From IMG/VR virus record IMGVR_UViG_3300016644_000052, positions 1 through 64,000 of that record: DNA of 64,000 nucleotides; one strand, written 5' to 3'. This DNA is from a virus. Both the position numbers and the translations under genes were made by a program. Shown one piece after another: positions 43,247 to 53,310 of the stretch (positions are counted from its first letter, which is position 1; every line of letters starts with the position of its first letter). Below the pieces are notes generated by a model. It saw only the letters and a program-made list of their open reading frames with translations, did no database searches and was not told where the DNA came from.

Positions 43247-43789
43247 ATGACATTCATGCGAGCACTCGAAAGCGGACTGCATTATCTGTCCGACCGAACC
43301 AAGAATATCATCCGCTGCCGCCAACAGGCTCGATCGCAGAGCCTGACAAAAACCAAAGAGCCAATGGTGCAAACCGTGGCTCCAATCCCGCAGCGGGTAA
43401 CTGTCCCTATCGTCCGCAAGACGACTTCCAACCAGGCTCGAACAGCCAGCAGGCTCTATGGCCAGATGATGAACAGCGACCACCCGGTCAGTGACCGTCA
43501 GGTGGCCGCCAATGAACTCAGTTTCCTACGCAAGACCAACAATCTGAGCTGGCTGGAGCTGGGCCTGCCAATGCATACCCAGAACCACATCAAGCAAGTC
43601 CTCGCACTTGCTATCCCGGCTTCTACCAAGGCTCCTGGCCGCCAGACCGCTACGCGGTCTGAGCGGGCAAGGGCCTTGTACGAAGCCGGTAAATACTCCG
43701 AGCTTCGCCAATTCAAAAGAAAAGTGAAGATCGGATGGTATAGTCTCGGCTTCAATGACTTCGAGATTTCCACGATCACCCAGAGTTAA
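43247..43789 (+). CDS. hypothetical basic protein
   Basis: ATG at 43247 in track ORF 43058-43789. The start is uncertain. Confidence 0.4.
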   Translation: MTFMRALESGLHYLSDRTKNIIRCRQQARSQSLTKTKEPMVQTVAPIPQRVTVPIVRKTTSNQARTASRLYGQMMNSDHPVSDRQVAANELSFLRKTNNLSWLELGLPMHTQNHIKQVLALAIPASTKAPGRQTATRSERARALYEAGKYSELRQFKRKVKIGWYSLGFNDFEISTITQS

Positions 43790-43824
43790 CTCGCATAAAA
43801 GTAACTCGAACAAGTAGAGAACAT

Positions 43825-43858
43825 ACCCCGGTTTACATTATAAAACCGGGGTAATTTT
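43825..43858 (+). terminator. rho-independent terminator
   Basis: ACCCCGGTTT-ACATTATA-AAACCGGGGT followed by AATTTT. Confidence 0.7.
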
Positions 43859-43876
43859 CAACAGGGTGTATCTGCT

Positions 43877-44215
43877 ATGTCCAAAGTGTTTCGTGCTAAC
43901 CGCAAGGCTACTGACGAGGACATCGTCCGGCTCAACAGTGTCGGACTGTCCCTGGCAACCATCGGCAAGATCCTTGGCTGTCACCAGACGACCATCAAGG
44001 TCCGTCTTGAGCAGCTAGGCATCCGTCCCGCCGATACCCGCCGCACATTCATGGAAGACATCTACAATGCCTTGCCTGAGGCCCAGAAGCGTTGGCTCGA
44101 AAGCGAGCTGAGCGGGCACCACTCGGTCAAGGACTACATCAAGGGCCTGCTCACCAAGGCCTTCATCAAGGAAACCTCTAATGACTTCCCAGGTAACGCT
44201 CTCGGCAGTGCTTGA
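43877..44215 (+). CDS. helix-turn-helix DNA-binding protein
   Basis: LSLATIGKILGCHQTTIKVRLEQLG. Confidence 0.5.
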   Translation: MSKVFRANRKATDEDIVRLNSVGLSLATIGKILGCHQTTIKVRLEQLGIRPADTRRTFMEDIYNALPEAQKRWLESELSGHHSVKDYIKGLLTKAFIKETSNDFPGNALGSA

Positions 44216-44633
44216 GTTCTTCGAAAAGGCCGTGCCTGAACCAACGGAAACCAATTTCCTGGTTCAGCTCGGCTGTCACTTCGAAGAGATCGAAGAGCTG
44301 CTGCACGAACTCGACTGCAAGAGTCCGGTTGGTGACATGCTCATTCGGGATGCCATCGTCAGCGTCGGATTGCTTGCCGACTATCTCAAGAATGCCAGCA
44401 ATCCGGTCGATATTGTCGATCGCACCAAGTTCCTCGACGCCCTATGCGACCAGATCGTGACTGCCACTGGCTCAGCCTACATGGCAGGCATGAACATCGA
44501 ACAAGGCATCGACGAAGTTGCCCGGTCAAACCTTTCCAAGTTTGATGCTGAAGGCAATCCGATCTTTAACGAGCAGGGCAAGATCATGAAGGGACCGGAC
44601 TATCGTCCGGCAGACCTTCAGCTCTTTGTCTGA
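44181..44633 (+). CDS. MazG-like all-alpha nucleoside triphosphate pyrophosphohydrolase
   Basis: HFEEIEELLHE and DALCDQIV acidic motifs, plus SNLSKF. Confidence 0.65.
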   Translation: MTSQVTLSAVLEFFEKAVPEPTETNFLVQLGCHFEEIEELLHELDCKSPVGDMLIRDAIVSVGLLADYLKNASNPVDIVDRTKFLDALCDQIVTATGSAYMAGMNIEQGIDEVARSNLSKFDAEGNPIFNEQGKIMKGPDYRPADLQLFV

Positions 44634-44658
44634 AGCTCATACTTTTCATCACATTGCG

Positions 44659-44690
44659 AAAGGCCTCTTCCCACCGGGAAGAGGCCTTTT
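44659..44690 (+). terminator. rho-independent terminator
   Basis: 14-bp stem AAAGGCCTCTTCCC-ACC-GGGAAGAGGCCTTT. Confidence 0.8.
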
Positions 44691-44711
44691 GCTTATCAAG
44701 GATAGACACCA

Positions 44712-46016
44712 GTGGACCACGTTACAGTGCTGCCATTGAACCAAGGCCAACAAGCAGCGGCTGACGGGTTCTTCAAATTCCTCTTCACGCCGGAGAAGGA
44801 ACTGATCCTTTCTGGCCCAGGCGGCGTCGGCAAGACCTTTTTGATGGGCTACCTGATTGACCGCATCATGCCGCGGTATTTTGAAACCTGTCAGCTGATG
44901 GGTCAGAAGCCGGCCTATGATGAAGTCGTCATGACGGCCACTACCAACAAGGCCGCAGAAGTCCTGGCTCTGGCCACTAATCGTCCGACCTCGACGATCC
45001 ACTCGTTCCTCAACCTCCGGGTCAAGGACAACTACACCACAGGTAAGAGCGAACTGACCAAGACCGGCGCCTGGGAAGTCCATGAGCGCAAGATCATCTT
45101 CGTCGACGAAAGCTCAATGATCGACACTCCGCTGCGCCGAGCACTGCTCGAAGGCACCCATGATTGCAAGATCGTCTATGTCGGGGATCACTGCCAGTTG
45201 GCTCCCGTGATGGAAACCATTTCCCCGATCTACAACACCAACCTGCCGTTCTTCGAACTGACTGAGCCAATGCGCAATTCAGGGCAGCCAGCCCTGATCA
45301 ACCTGTGCAAGCAGCTGCGTCACACTGTCGAGACCGGCGAGTTTCTGCCGATTCAGATTGTGCCAGGCGTGATTGATCACCTCAATGACGCCGAGATGCA
45401 GCAAGCTATCGACACCACATTCCTGCACCAGACCCGTGATAGCCGGATCCTGGCCTATACCAACAAGCGAGTAGTCCAGTACAACGACCACATCCGCTTG
45501 CTGCGCCAGCTTCCAGACCAGGCCTGCAAAGGCGAACTTCTGGTCAACACTTCGGCTATCCAGCTGCGTAACGGAATGCTGACCGTCGAAGACGAAGTCG
45601 AGATCCTGTCAGCAGACCGGACGGAACTGGTCGAGGTCCTCCCCGAACTGGATCCACTCGAAGTGCAGATGGTCACTCTGCGCACTTCGCTGAACGTGAT
45701 CCATACCCGTGTCCCGCTTCCGGCCAACAAGCCATACTTCGACCAGCTCTTGGCCTACTTCAAAAAGCACAAGCGCTGGGAGCGCTACTTCTATCTCAAG
45801 AACACTTTTCCCGACCTCCGTCAGCGTGATGCTGCCACGATCCACAAAGCCCAGGGTAGTACCTACCAGTCGGTCTTTGTCGATGTCGGCAATATCAGCA
45901 CCTGCCATCAACCCGATGTCGTTGCCCGTATGCTCTACGTGGCATTCACTCGGCCCCAGCAGAGGATCTTCCTCTACGGGAACCTGGCCAAAAAATACGG
46001 AGGTCTCATCGACTAG
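44712..46016 (+). CDS. Dda/RecD-like SF1 DNA helicase
   Basis: Walker A GPGGVGKTF, Walker B IIFVDESSMI, and C-terminal TIHKAQGSTYQSVFVD. GTG start with AAGGA upstream. Confidence 0.8.
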   Translation: MDHVTVLPLNQGQQAAADGFFKFLFTPEKELILSGPGGVGKTFLMGYLIDRIMPRYFETCQLMGQKPAYDEVVMTATTNKAAEVLALATNRPTSTIHSFLNLRVKDNYTTGKSELTKTGAWEVHERKIIFVDESSMIDTPLRRALLEGTHDCKIVYVGDHCQLAPVMETISPIYNTNLPFFELTEPMRNSGQPALINLCKQLRHTVETGEFLPIQIVPGVIDHLNDAEMQQAIDTTFLHQTRDSRILAYTNKRVVQYNDHIRLLRQLPDQACKGELLVNTSAIQLRNGMLTVEDEVEILSADRTELVEVLPELDPLEVQMVTLRTSLNVIHTRVPLPANKPYFDQLLAYFKKHKRWERYFYLKNTFPDLRQRDAATIHKAQGSTYQSVFVDVGNISTCHQPDVVARMLYVAFTRPQQRIFLYGNLAKKYGGLID

Positions 46017-46028
46017 GAGACTCCAGCC

Positions 46029-46529
46029 ATGGAAGGCCGTACATTATTCGCTCTCATTCAAGTCCTTTGCAACAAGCTGTTTGAGCGGGAAGAGGCCCGG
46101 ATCGACTCGGTTCTCAAGACCATCTGGACCAAGAATATCGCCCTGAGCCGGGTCAACCATGACGGCTTCATCTACAAGGGTGACTATTATCGGCCCAAGT
46201 CTCTTCCCAATGCGGCCTCGGTCAAGGCAATCCTCCACTCCGAACTGGATGACACCATGGAGGCTTTTCTTGCCGACCAGCGGCGGGTCAAGGACGAGCG
46301 CAAGACCATTGAGCAAGTCCTGACCAAGCTGCTGCGTCCGTGCCAAGACTTCACGGAAATCCGCAACGCTCTGCCCAACTGTCTGGCCGACCTGCTCGAA
46401 CAGACTCAAGGCATCCAGCGAACCAGCGAGGAAGCATGGACCCTGGCTCAGGATGAGCGGGGAATGCGCCAATACCTCAAGGTTCGCCCCCTGATGGAAT
46501 TCTATTCCGCAGCCAGGCTACTTTATTGA
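46029..46529 (+). CDS. hypothetical replication-module protein
   Basis: 166-aa ORF between the helicase and polymerase genes; its stop overlaps the polymerase start. Confidence 0.5.
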   Translation: MEGRTLFALIQVLCNKLFEREEARIDSVLKTIWTKNIALSRVNHDGFIYKGDYYRPKSLPNAASVKAILHSELDDTMEAFLADQRRVKDERKTIEQVLTKLLRPCQDFTEIRNALPNCLADLLEQTQGIQRTSEEAWTLAQDERGMRQYLKVRPLMEFYSAARLLY

Positions 46530-48541
46530 TGCGACACCTGACCTTCACCAATGCCAGCACCTACCCGGTCTGTTTCCTGGTTCCGACCATCCGCAAGGAT
46601 GAAATCGAAAAGGAATACCTTGATCCGTTCCAGGTCAATGCAGACCAGGTGTTGGTCCTCGACCTCCATTATTCCCAAGACAAAAAGAAGACCCCGGCAG
46701 CTGAGATCAAGCAGTACATCGAAGAGGAACTGGTTCCGACCTTCGAGCAGATGGGCTGCCAGTACCTGCTCGTTGCTGACGGCGACTACTTCAAGGCCCT
46801 GACCAAGGCGAGCAAGGTCGAAGCCAATCTCGGCTACGTCCTTGACTGCGCCTGGGGCGACTGGAAGGTGATCTATGTTCCGAATTATCGGGCGATTTTT
46901 TACGATCCTGACAAGACGAGAGCCAAGATCAACCAGGCTATGCAGGCCTTCACCGAGCACCGCACCGGTGTTTACCAGGCGCCTGGGGCACACATCATCA
47001 AGACTGCCCATTATCCGGCGACTTACGGCGATATCTTCGCTTGGCTCAACCGGCTCCTCGACATGGACTGCGATCTTGCCTGTGACATCGAGACCTTCAG
47101 TCTCAAGCACCACACCGCAGGAATCGGCACTATCAGCTTCGCCTGGAACCAACACGAAGGAATAGCCTTCGCCGTTGACCTCAACGAGGCTGAAGCCCAG
47201 CAAATCCGCAGTGCTTTGCGGATGTTCTTCTGCGCCTTCCAGCACAAGCTGGTGTTCCACAACATCGCTTTCGATGCCTACGTGCTGATCTACCAGTTGT
47301 TCATGACAGACATCCTCGACACCGAGGGTCTGCTGAACGGCATGGAAGTCATGCTCCGGGACTGGGACTGCACCAAGCTGATCACCTATCTCGCCACCAA
47401 TTCGTGTGCGGGCAACAAGCTCAGTCTCAAGGACCAGGCCCAGGAATATTCTGGCAACTATGCCCTGACGGACATCAAGGATATCCGCCAGATTCCTTTG
47501 GAACACTTGCTGCGCTACAACCTGATCGACACGTTTTCGACCTGGTATGTGCATAACAAGCATTACCAGACCATGGTCAATGACCAGCAACTCGGCGTCT
47601 ATGAAGAGATCTTCAAGCCCGCCACGCTGGACATCATTCAGATGCAGCTGACCGGGATGCCGCTCAACATGGAGCGGGTGAAGGAAGTCAAGCAGCTGCT
47701 CGAAGCTGACTACAGCCGTGAGCTGGACCGGATCATGAACTCACCCATTGTGGGCCGGTTCACTTATGATCTCAACGAGGCCTGGGTCGAAAAGCGCAAC
47801 GCCAAGCTCAAGAAAAAGCGAGTCAGCTTGGCTGACGCCAATGAGACCTTCAATCCCAATTCCAACCCGCAGCTGCAAAAGCTGCTCTACGAAATGCTTG
47901 GTCTGCCTGTCTTGGCTCTGACTGACAGCAAGGAACCAGCGACAGATGGCTCAACCCTGAAAGCGCTCAAGAACCACACCCAGGATCCGCAGATCGTCGA
48001 GTTCCTGGATGCCTTGCTCGGCTACTCTGCCGTCAACAAGATCCTGACCAGCTTTCTTCCAGCCATGGAGAATGCAGCTCAGGGACCGGATGGCTGGCAT
48101 TACCTGTTCGGCAACTTCAACTTAGGCGGCACGCTATCGGGCCGCCTCAGCAGTTCTGATCCAAACCTTCAGAATCTGCCGGCCAATTCCAGCTATGCCA
48201 AGCTGATCAAGTCCTGCTTCCAGGCACCGCCTGGTTGGCTGTTTGTTGGTCTGGACTTCGCTTCGCTAGAAGATCGCATCTCTGCGCTTACCTCCAAGGA
48301 TCCCAACAAGCTCAAGGTCTATAAAGACGGTTACGATGGTCACTCCTTGCGGGCTTATGCCTATTTCAAGGAGCAGATGCCCGACATCCTGCAAGCTGAG
48401 GGTCGGCGTGTCTTTGAAGTGCAACAAGATGGCCAGATTTTCTATCTGTTCGAGGGTGATGAGATCATCACTCCGAACGGACAGACCATGACAATTGAAG
48501 CTTATCAATCCAGAATGAAACAATTGGAGAGTGCGGCATAG
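46526..48541 (+). CDS. family A DNA polymerase, N-terminal fragment (3'-5' exonuclease, thumb, motif A)
   Basis: Exo I CDIETFSL and motif A VGLDFASLEDRISAL. Ends at TAG after a non-conserved 45-50 aa tail. Confidence 0.85.
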   Translation: MMRHLTFTNASTYPVCFLVPTIRKDEIEKEYLDPFQVNADQVLVLDLHYSQDKKKTPAAEIKQYIEEELVPTFEQMGCQYLLVADGDYFKALTKASKVEANLGYVLDCAWGDWKVIYVPNYRAIFYDPDKTRAKINQAMQAFTEHRTGVYQAPGAHIIKTAHYPATYGDIFAWLNRLLDMDCDLACDIETFSLKHHTAGIGTISFAWNQHEGIAFAVDLNEAEAQQIRSALRMFFCAFQHKLVFHNIAFDAYVLIYQLFMTDILDTEGLLNGMEVMLRDWDCTKLITYLATNSCAGNKLSLKDQAQEYSGNYALTDIKDIRQIPLEHLLRYNLIDTFSTWYVHNKHYQTMVNDQQLGVYEEIFKPATLDIIQMQLTGMPLNMERVKEVKQLLEADYSRELDRIMNSPIVGRFTYDLNEAWVEKRNAKLKKKRVSLADANETFNPNSNPQLQKLLYEMLGLPVLALTDSKEPATDGSTLKALKNHTQDPQIVEFLDALLGYSAVNKILTSFLPAMENAAQGPDGWHYLFGNFNLGGTLSGRLSSSDPNLQNLPANSSYAKLIKSCFQAPPGWLFVGLDFASLEDRISALTSKDPNKLKVYKDGYDGHSLRAYAYFKEQMPDILQAEGRRVFEVQQDGQIFYLFEGDEIITPNGQTMTIEAYQSRMKQLESAA

Positions 48542-48554
48542 CCGCAAACCCTAA

Positions 48555-48594
48555 GGGAACCGTCCGCTCGTGATGATGGTGGCGGGCGGTTCCC
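48555..48594 (+). other. 13-bp-stem hairpin in the polymerase spacer
   Basis: GGGAACCGTCCGC...GCGGGCGGTTCCC, immediately after the TAG. Confidence 0.6.
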
Positions 48595-48722
48595 ACCAAA
48601 TTGAAAACGAATCTGTACTGAATTGAGAAATATTAACCAAGTAGGGTCAGATTTTCTTAACGTAGGTGAATAGATTGTTCATCTGCAAATCAGACTAAGC
48701 GCTTGGGAAAAGGAGACTTATT

Positions 48723-49466
48723 GTGGGAAGTGCTGTCGTTATAAAAGCTAACGCAGAGATCAAAGAGCTTGATTCGACGGCATTCGATGTAGCGCAAATT
48801 AACTCCATTGAGACCCGTTATAAACCGCTGCGCCAAGACTCTAAGGCACCGACATTCGCCCTTACATACCAGGGCACTTATCGTACCCTGATGGTCAACT
48901 GCGGCTTTCCGGAAGCCAAGGCCAAGTCGATCGAGCAACGCTACCACGAGATGTACGAAGTCAGTGATCGCTGGGTCGCTGCCAAGCTCGATGAAGCTAC
49001 CCGCACTGGCTACGTCACCGTCGCTTTCGGTCTGCGGGTAAGAACCCCGCTGCTCAAGCAAGTCATTCGCGGCACCAGCAAGACCCCATTTGAAGCAGAG
49101 GCTGAAGGCCGGACTGCTGGCAATGCGCTCGGTCAGTCCTGGTGCCTGCTCACTTCCCGTGCTGGCTCCGAATTTCTCGGCAAGGTCCGCAAGAGCCAGT
49201 ACAAGTACGACATTCGTCCTACCTCTCAGATCCATGACGCCCAGTATTTTCTGGTGCGAGATAACATCAGCGTCGTCGAGTTTACCAACCGCCATCTCGT
49301 CGAAGCTGTCCAGTGGCAAGACCACCCAGAGATCTATCACGACCTCGTGAAGCTCGGCGGCGAACTCTCCATCTTCTATCCTTCCTGGAAAGAAGAGATC
49401 GGCATCCCCAACGGGGCAAGCCGTCAAGAGATATTCGCCATCATAGACAAAGTAATGAGCAACTAA
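48723..49466 (+). CDS. family A DNA polymerase, C-terminal fragment (motifs B and C)
   Basis: GTG start with AAGGAG 7 nt upstream. Motif B RQDSKAPTFALTYQG and motif C SQIHDAQYFLV. Confidence 0.8.
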   Translation: MGSAVVIKANAEIKELDSTAFDVAQINSIETRYKPLRQDSKAPTFALTYQGTYRTLMVNCGFPEAKAKSIEQRYHEMYEVSDRWVAAKLDEATRTGYVTVAFGLRVRTPLLKQVIRGTSKTPFEAEAEGRTAGNALGQSWCLLTSRAGSEFLGKVRKSQYKYDIRPTSQIHDAQYFLVRDNISVVEFTNRHLVEAVQWQDHPEIYHDLVKLGGELSIFYPSWKEEIGIPNGASRQEIFAIIDKVMSN

Positions 49467-49595
49467 TTACCTGCTAATTAGTTCTAACTACTTTCCATCT
49501 ATTGTTACCGGCCTGCCTTTATGCAAGACAGGTCGCCCTTTGAGTGTGTTTTTCTGGCCTGTAACTTTTGGGCCAATTAAAAGACCACGGCTCAA

Positions 49596-49931
49596 ATGCC
49601 GAAATTCCGGAGTCAACACATGGACAAACAGCACTACCATCTCGTCGCGGGCGAGGTACTTTTCGTCAACAAGGACGGAAACTCAGGCTGCGTCCGACTG
49701 AACACCATGCTGACCAGCACGGACGGGAACATTCCTGTGCGCCTGATCGGCAAGGCACAGCAGGCTCTCCAGATGCGCTTCTTTGAGCAGCTGGAAGATC
49801 CTGACCTGCAAGTCGTGGACGTATTCCTGCACGGCATCAGCCACCTTGGCGTGATGACCGCAGAAGAGTTCTCGGCACCGCCCGAAGGCTATCAGGAGCA
49901 GGAGATCAAGGCTCCTGCCTTGGTGTCGTAA
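49596..49931 (+). CDS. hypothetical protein
   Basis: 111-aa track ORF. The start may be 49620. Confidence 0.45.
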   Translation: MPKFRSQHMDKQHYHLVAGEVLFVNKDGNSGCVRLNTMLTSTDGNIPVRLIGKAQQALQMRFFEQLEDPDLQVVDVFLHGISHLGVMTAEEFSAPPEGYQEQEIKAPALVS

Positions 49932-50089
49932 TGCGACACTCTGCCCACTCCACTTGGATCACCAGTGAAGACGACCAGCTGGAACTACCGTTCCCGCCGC
50001 AGCCGTCTCGCCAATGATCCACTCCCTGTCGCAGCTCCGACTGGAACCCCTAGCCAGGACCGGAGCTGCGACAGCACCAACGCCAAATA

Positions 50090-51133
50090 TTGGAGAGTTT
50101 CGTGGCCGTCACGAATAACAGCGGGATATCACTATCCCTCGCTGTTTGGCTCCTGCACGACGAGTATGACTACGTCGACGAGCCAAACTATATCTCAGCT
50201 ACCAAGCTGATGCGACCTATTCGTCACATCGTCTTGCCGCCTCGGGTTCCCGATGCACAGCGCAATGTCGATGTTGAAGATTTCATTGCTCGCTCGATGG
50301 GCACTTCGCTTCACGATTCCATCGAGAAGGCCTGGACCAAGGGCCACAAGCGGGCACTGCGTCTACTAGGCTATCCAGATAGCGTCATTGACCGGGTCAT
50401 GGTCAACCCGAGCCAGGAAGACCTGGCCAAAGTCGAAGACCCAATTGCAGTCTATCTCGAACAGCGCCTGCTGCGTCAGCACAATGGCTATACCATTGGT
50501 GGCAAGTTCGACATGGTGACCGAAGGTATCGTCCAGGACAACAAGTCCACTTCGGCCTTTGCCTGGGTTAATGGAACCAGGGACGACGAACATCGGCTCC
50601 AGATGAGCATCTACCGGTGGCTCGACGCAGCCCAGGAATTCCCGGTCATCACCGAGGATTTCTGCCGAGTGAATTACATCTTCACCGACTGGCAGAAAGC
50701 TGCTGCCCTGTCCAATCCCAAGTATCCGCAAAAGCGGGTCGAGCATAAGGACATCAAGCTCCTGTCGCTCAAGGAAACCGAAGACTGGATCAATCACAAG
50801 CTGGCCGAGATCAAGCGCTACGCCGATAAGGCTGAGCACGAGATCCCGGAATGCACCGACGAGGAACTGTGGCGCTCTGCCCCGCAATTCAAATACTACG
50901 CCGATGCCAGCAAGACGACGGGTCGTTCGACCAAGAACTTCGACAACCTGGTTGAAGCTCGTCAGTTCCAGGTGAGCAAGGGCGGGAAGGGCGTCATCGT
51001 CATGAAGCCCGGTGAACCCAAGCGCTGCGGCTACTGCGATGCCTTCCCAATCTGCACGCAGAAGAACCAGTTCAACCTTGGTTCCGCCCCCCAGCAATTC
51101 AGCAACGACGTGCTCAATGCTGTCCTCGCCTAA
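50090..51133 (+). CDS. PD-(D/E)XK (RecB/Cas4-like) exonuclease
   Basis: GGKFDMV...VQDNKST core and a C-terminal CGYCDAFPIC (C-x2-C-x5-C) cluster. The start (TTG 50090 or GTG 50102) is uncertain. Confidence 0.65.
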   Translation: MESFVAVTNNSGISLSLAVWLLHDEYDYVDEPNYISATKLMRPIRHIVLPPRVPDAQRNVDVEDFIARSMGTSLHDSIEKAWTKGHKRALRLLGYPDSVIDRVMVNPSQEDLAKVEDPIAVYLEQRLLRQHNGYTIGGKFDMVTEGIVQDNKSTSAFAWVNGTRDDEHRLQMSIYRWLDAAQEFPVITEDFCRVNYIFTDWQKAAALSNPKYPQKRVEHKDIKLLSLKETEDWINHKLAEIKRYADKAEHEIPECTDEELWRSAPQFKYYADASKTTGRSTKNFDNLVEARQFQVSKGGKGVIVMKPGEPKRCGYCDAFPICTQKNQFNLGSAPQQFSNDVLNAVLA

Positions 51134-51146
51134 CGGAGATCACCCC

Positions 51147-53303
51147 ATGATAGACCTTACCGGGGTCCAGCATCATCCGGCGATCGAAGAGATCGTCGAG
51201 GTGTTGTGTAACAAGACCCAGAACACAGACCGCGGATTCTTCCGGGTCGAGACTGCTTACTTCCTGTGCAAAGTCGCATCGATGATGCGAGCCACTGTCG
51301 TCACCAAAGATCGTGGTGACGTTCCGGTCAATTGCTACGCCCTTAACCTGGCCACTTCTGGCTTTGGTAAGGGCTACTCGGTCAATGTCCTGGAAAACGA
51401 ATTCCTGAAAGGCTTTCGTCGCCGTTTCATGGACGACACTTTCCCGGTCATTGCCGAGAAACACTTGTGGGACATTGCCAATGATCGTGCTGCCCGCAAC
51501 GGCACCGATCAGACCGAAGAGTTCCAGAAAGCTGAACGGGAATTCAAGAGCTACGGCGCTTATCCGTTCACCTTTGACAGCGGTACACCGCCTGCGGTCA
51601 AGCAGCTGCGTAGCAAGCTGCTTATGGCCAACATCGGTGCAATCAGTCTTCAGATCGACGAAATTGGTTCCAACCTGATTGGCGCCACCGATGTCCTGAC
51701 CTTGTTCCTGGAACTCTACGACCAGGGCATGGTCAAGCAGAAGCTCGTCAAGAACACTGCCGAGAACCAACGCGCAGAAGACATGGACGGCAAAACTCCG
51801 ACCAACATGCTGTTGTTCGGCACTCCGTCCAAGCTGCTCGACGGTGGCCAAACCGAGGATCAATTCTACGAATTCCTCGAGACTGGCTATGCTCGGCGCT
51901 GTTTCTTTGGCTTCGGTCAGCACCATCACCGGGCATCCGAAGTCAAGTCGCCTGAGGAAATCTTCAAGGCGTTGACGCAGCCAACCAATCACTCGGTCAT
52001 CAACAAGTGGGCGCAGCAGTTCCACCTGCTGGCTGATCCGTCCAAGTACCACTGGAAGATGACCATGGATGACGATGTCGCCATCCAGCTTATCACTTAT
52101 AAGATCTGGTGCGAACAGCGGGCCGACCAGCTCAAGGAGCACGAAGAGATCCGCAAAGCTGAACTCAGCCACCGCTACTTCAAGTCGCTCAAGCTGGCCG
52201 GCGCCCTGGCTTTCATCGATGAAAGTCTCGAAGTCGAGATGGAACACCTGATGGCAGCCATCCTGCTCGCCGAGGAATCTGGCAATGCGTTCCAGACCAT
52301 CCTCAACCGCGAGAAGGCCTACGTCAAACTGGCCAAGTACATCGCCAATGTCGGCACCGAGGTCACTCACGCCGACCTCCTGGAAGCGCTGCCGTTCTAC
52401 AAGAGCGGCAATGCAGCCCGGACCGAGATGATGACCCTGGCTACTGCCTGGGGCTACAAGAAGCACATCATCATCAAGAAGAGCTTTGTCGACGGGATCG
52501 AGTTCTTCCAGGGTGAAACCCTCAAGGAAACCGATCTCAATGCGGTCCGGGTGTCTTACTCGGACCACTGGGCCTACAACTATGCTGGCGAGGAAGTGCC
52601 CTTTGACCAGCTCCATGTGCTGACCCAATCGCCGGGAATGCACTGGGCTAATCACCACTTCCGCAAGGAACACCGAGCGGAAGAGAATGTCATCGCCGGG
52701 TTCAACCTGGTGGTCATCGATGTCGATGGCGGCGTGTCCCTCCAGACAGCTCACGAGCTGCTGAAGGACTACAAGTTCATGACCTACACGACGAAGCGGC
52801 ACAGCGACGAGCAGAACCGGTTCCGGTTGATCTTCCCGATCAACTACCACCTTGAACTCGACTCCGACGAGTACAAGGAATTCATGAATTCGTTCATGGA
52901 ATGGCTGCCGTTCAATTCGGATGAAAGCGCCAACCAGCGAGCCAAGAAATGGGAAACCTTCGGGGGCGGCAGCTATCACTACAACCTTGATGGTGAAGTG
53001 ATCGATGCTCTTCCGTTCATTCCCAAGACTTCCCGCAACGAGCAGTACGTCCAGCAATCGAAGCAGCTCCAGTCACTGGACAATCTCGAACGCTGGTTCG
53101 CTCAGCGGATCGCTCAAGGCAACCGCAACAACCAGATGATCAAGTACGCGCTTGCTCTGGTCGATGGTGGCATGAGCCTGATCGATGTGAAGAACCAGGT
53201 CCATGCCTTCAACAAGAAGCTCAACACGCCGCTTGGCGAGGACGAGATCGAAACCACCATCATGCAGACGGTAGCCAAGCGCTTCCACTCTGCTGCGGTC
53301 TGA
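51147..53303 (+). CDS. DNA primase (primase-polymerase type with a PriCT-like C-terminus)
   Basis: ATG at 51147. FNLVVIDVDGG...FRLIFPI catalytic region and a C-terminal NNQMIKYALALVDGG...EDEIETTI module. The antisense 647-aa ORF was rejected. Confidence 0.7.
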   Translation: MIDLTGVQHHPAIEEIVEVLCNKTQNTDRGFFRVETAYFLCKVASMMRATVVTKDRGDVPVNCYALNLATSGFGKGYSVNVLENEFLKGFRRRFMDDTFPVIAEKHLWDIANDRAARNGTDQTEEFQKAEREFKSYGAYPFTFDSGTPPAVKQLRSKLLMANIGAISLQIDEIGSNLIGATDVLTLFLELYDQGMVKQKLVKNTAENQRAEDMDGKTPTNMLLFGTPSKLLDGGQTEDQFYEFLETGYARRCFFGFGQHHHRASEVKSPEEIFKALTQPTNHSVINKWAQQFHLLADPSKYHWKMTMDDDVAIQLITYKIWCEQRADQLKEHEEIRKAELSHRYFKSLKLAGALAFIDESLEVEMEHLMAAILLAEESGNAFQTILNREKAYVKLAKYIANVGTEVTHADLLEALPFYKSGNAARTEMMTLATAWGYKKHIIIKKSFVDGIEFFQGETLKETDLNAVRVSYSDHWAYNYAGEEVPFDQLHVLTQSPGMHWANHHFRKEHRAEENVIAGFNLVVIDVDGGVSLQTAHELLKDYKFMTYTTKRHSDEQNRFRLIFPINYHLELDSDEYKEFMNSFMEWLPFNSDESANQRAKKWETFGGGSYHYNLDGEVIDALPFIPKTSRNEQYVQQSKQLQSLDNLERWFAQRIAQGNRNNQMIKYALALVDGGMSLIDVKNQVHAFNKKLNTPLGEDEIETTIMQTVAKRFHSAAV

Positions 53304-53310
53304 CCCTTGG

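Noticed and set aside
46523-47590. 355-aa minus-strand ORF.
   Set aside because: It is antisense to the DNA polymerase exonuclease domain.
51114-53057. 647-aa minus-strand ORF.
   Set aside because: It is antisense to the primase gene, which has recognisable motifs and fits the operon. The ORF has shadow-like composition.
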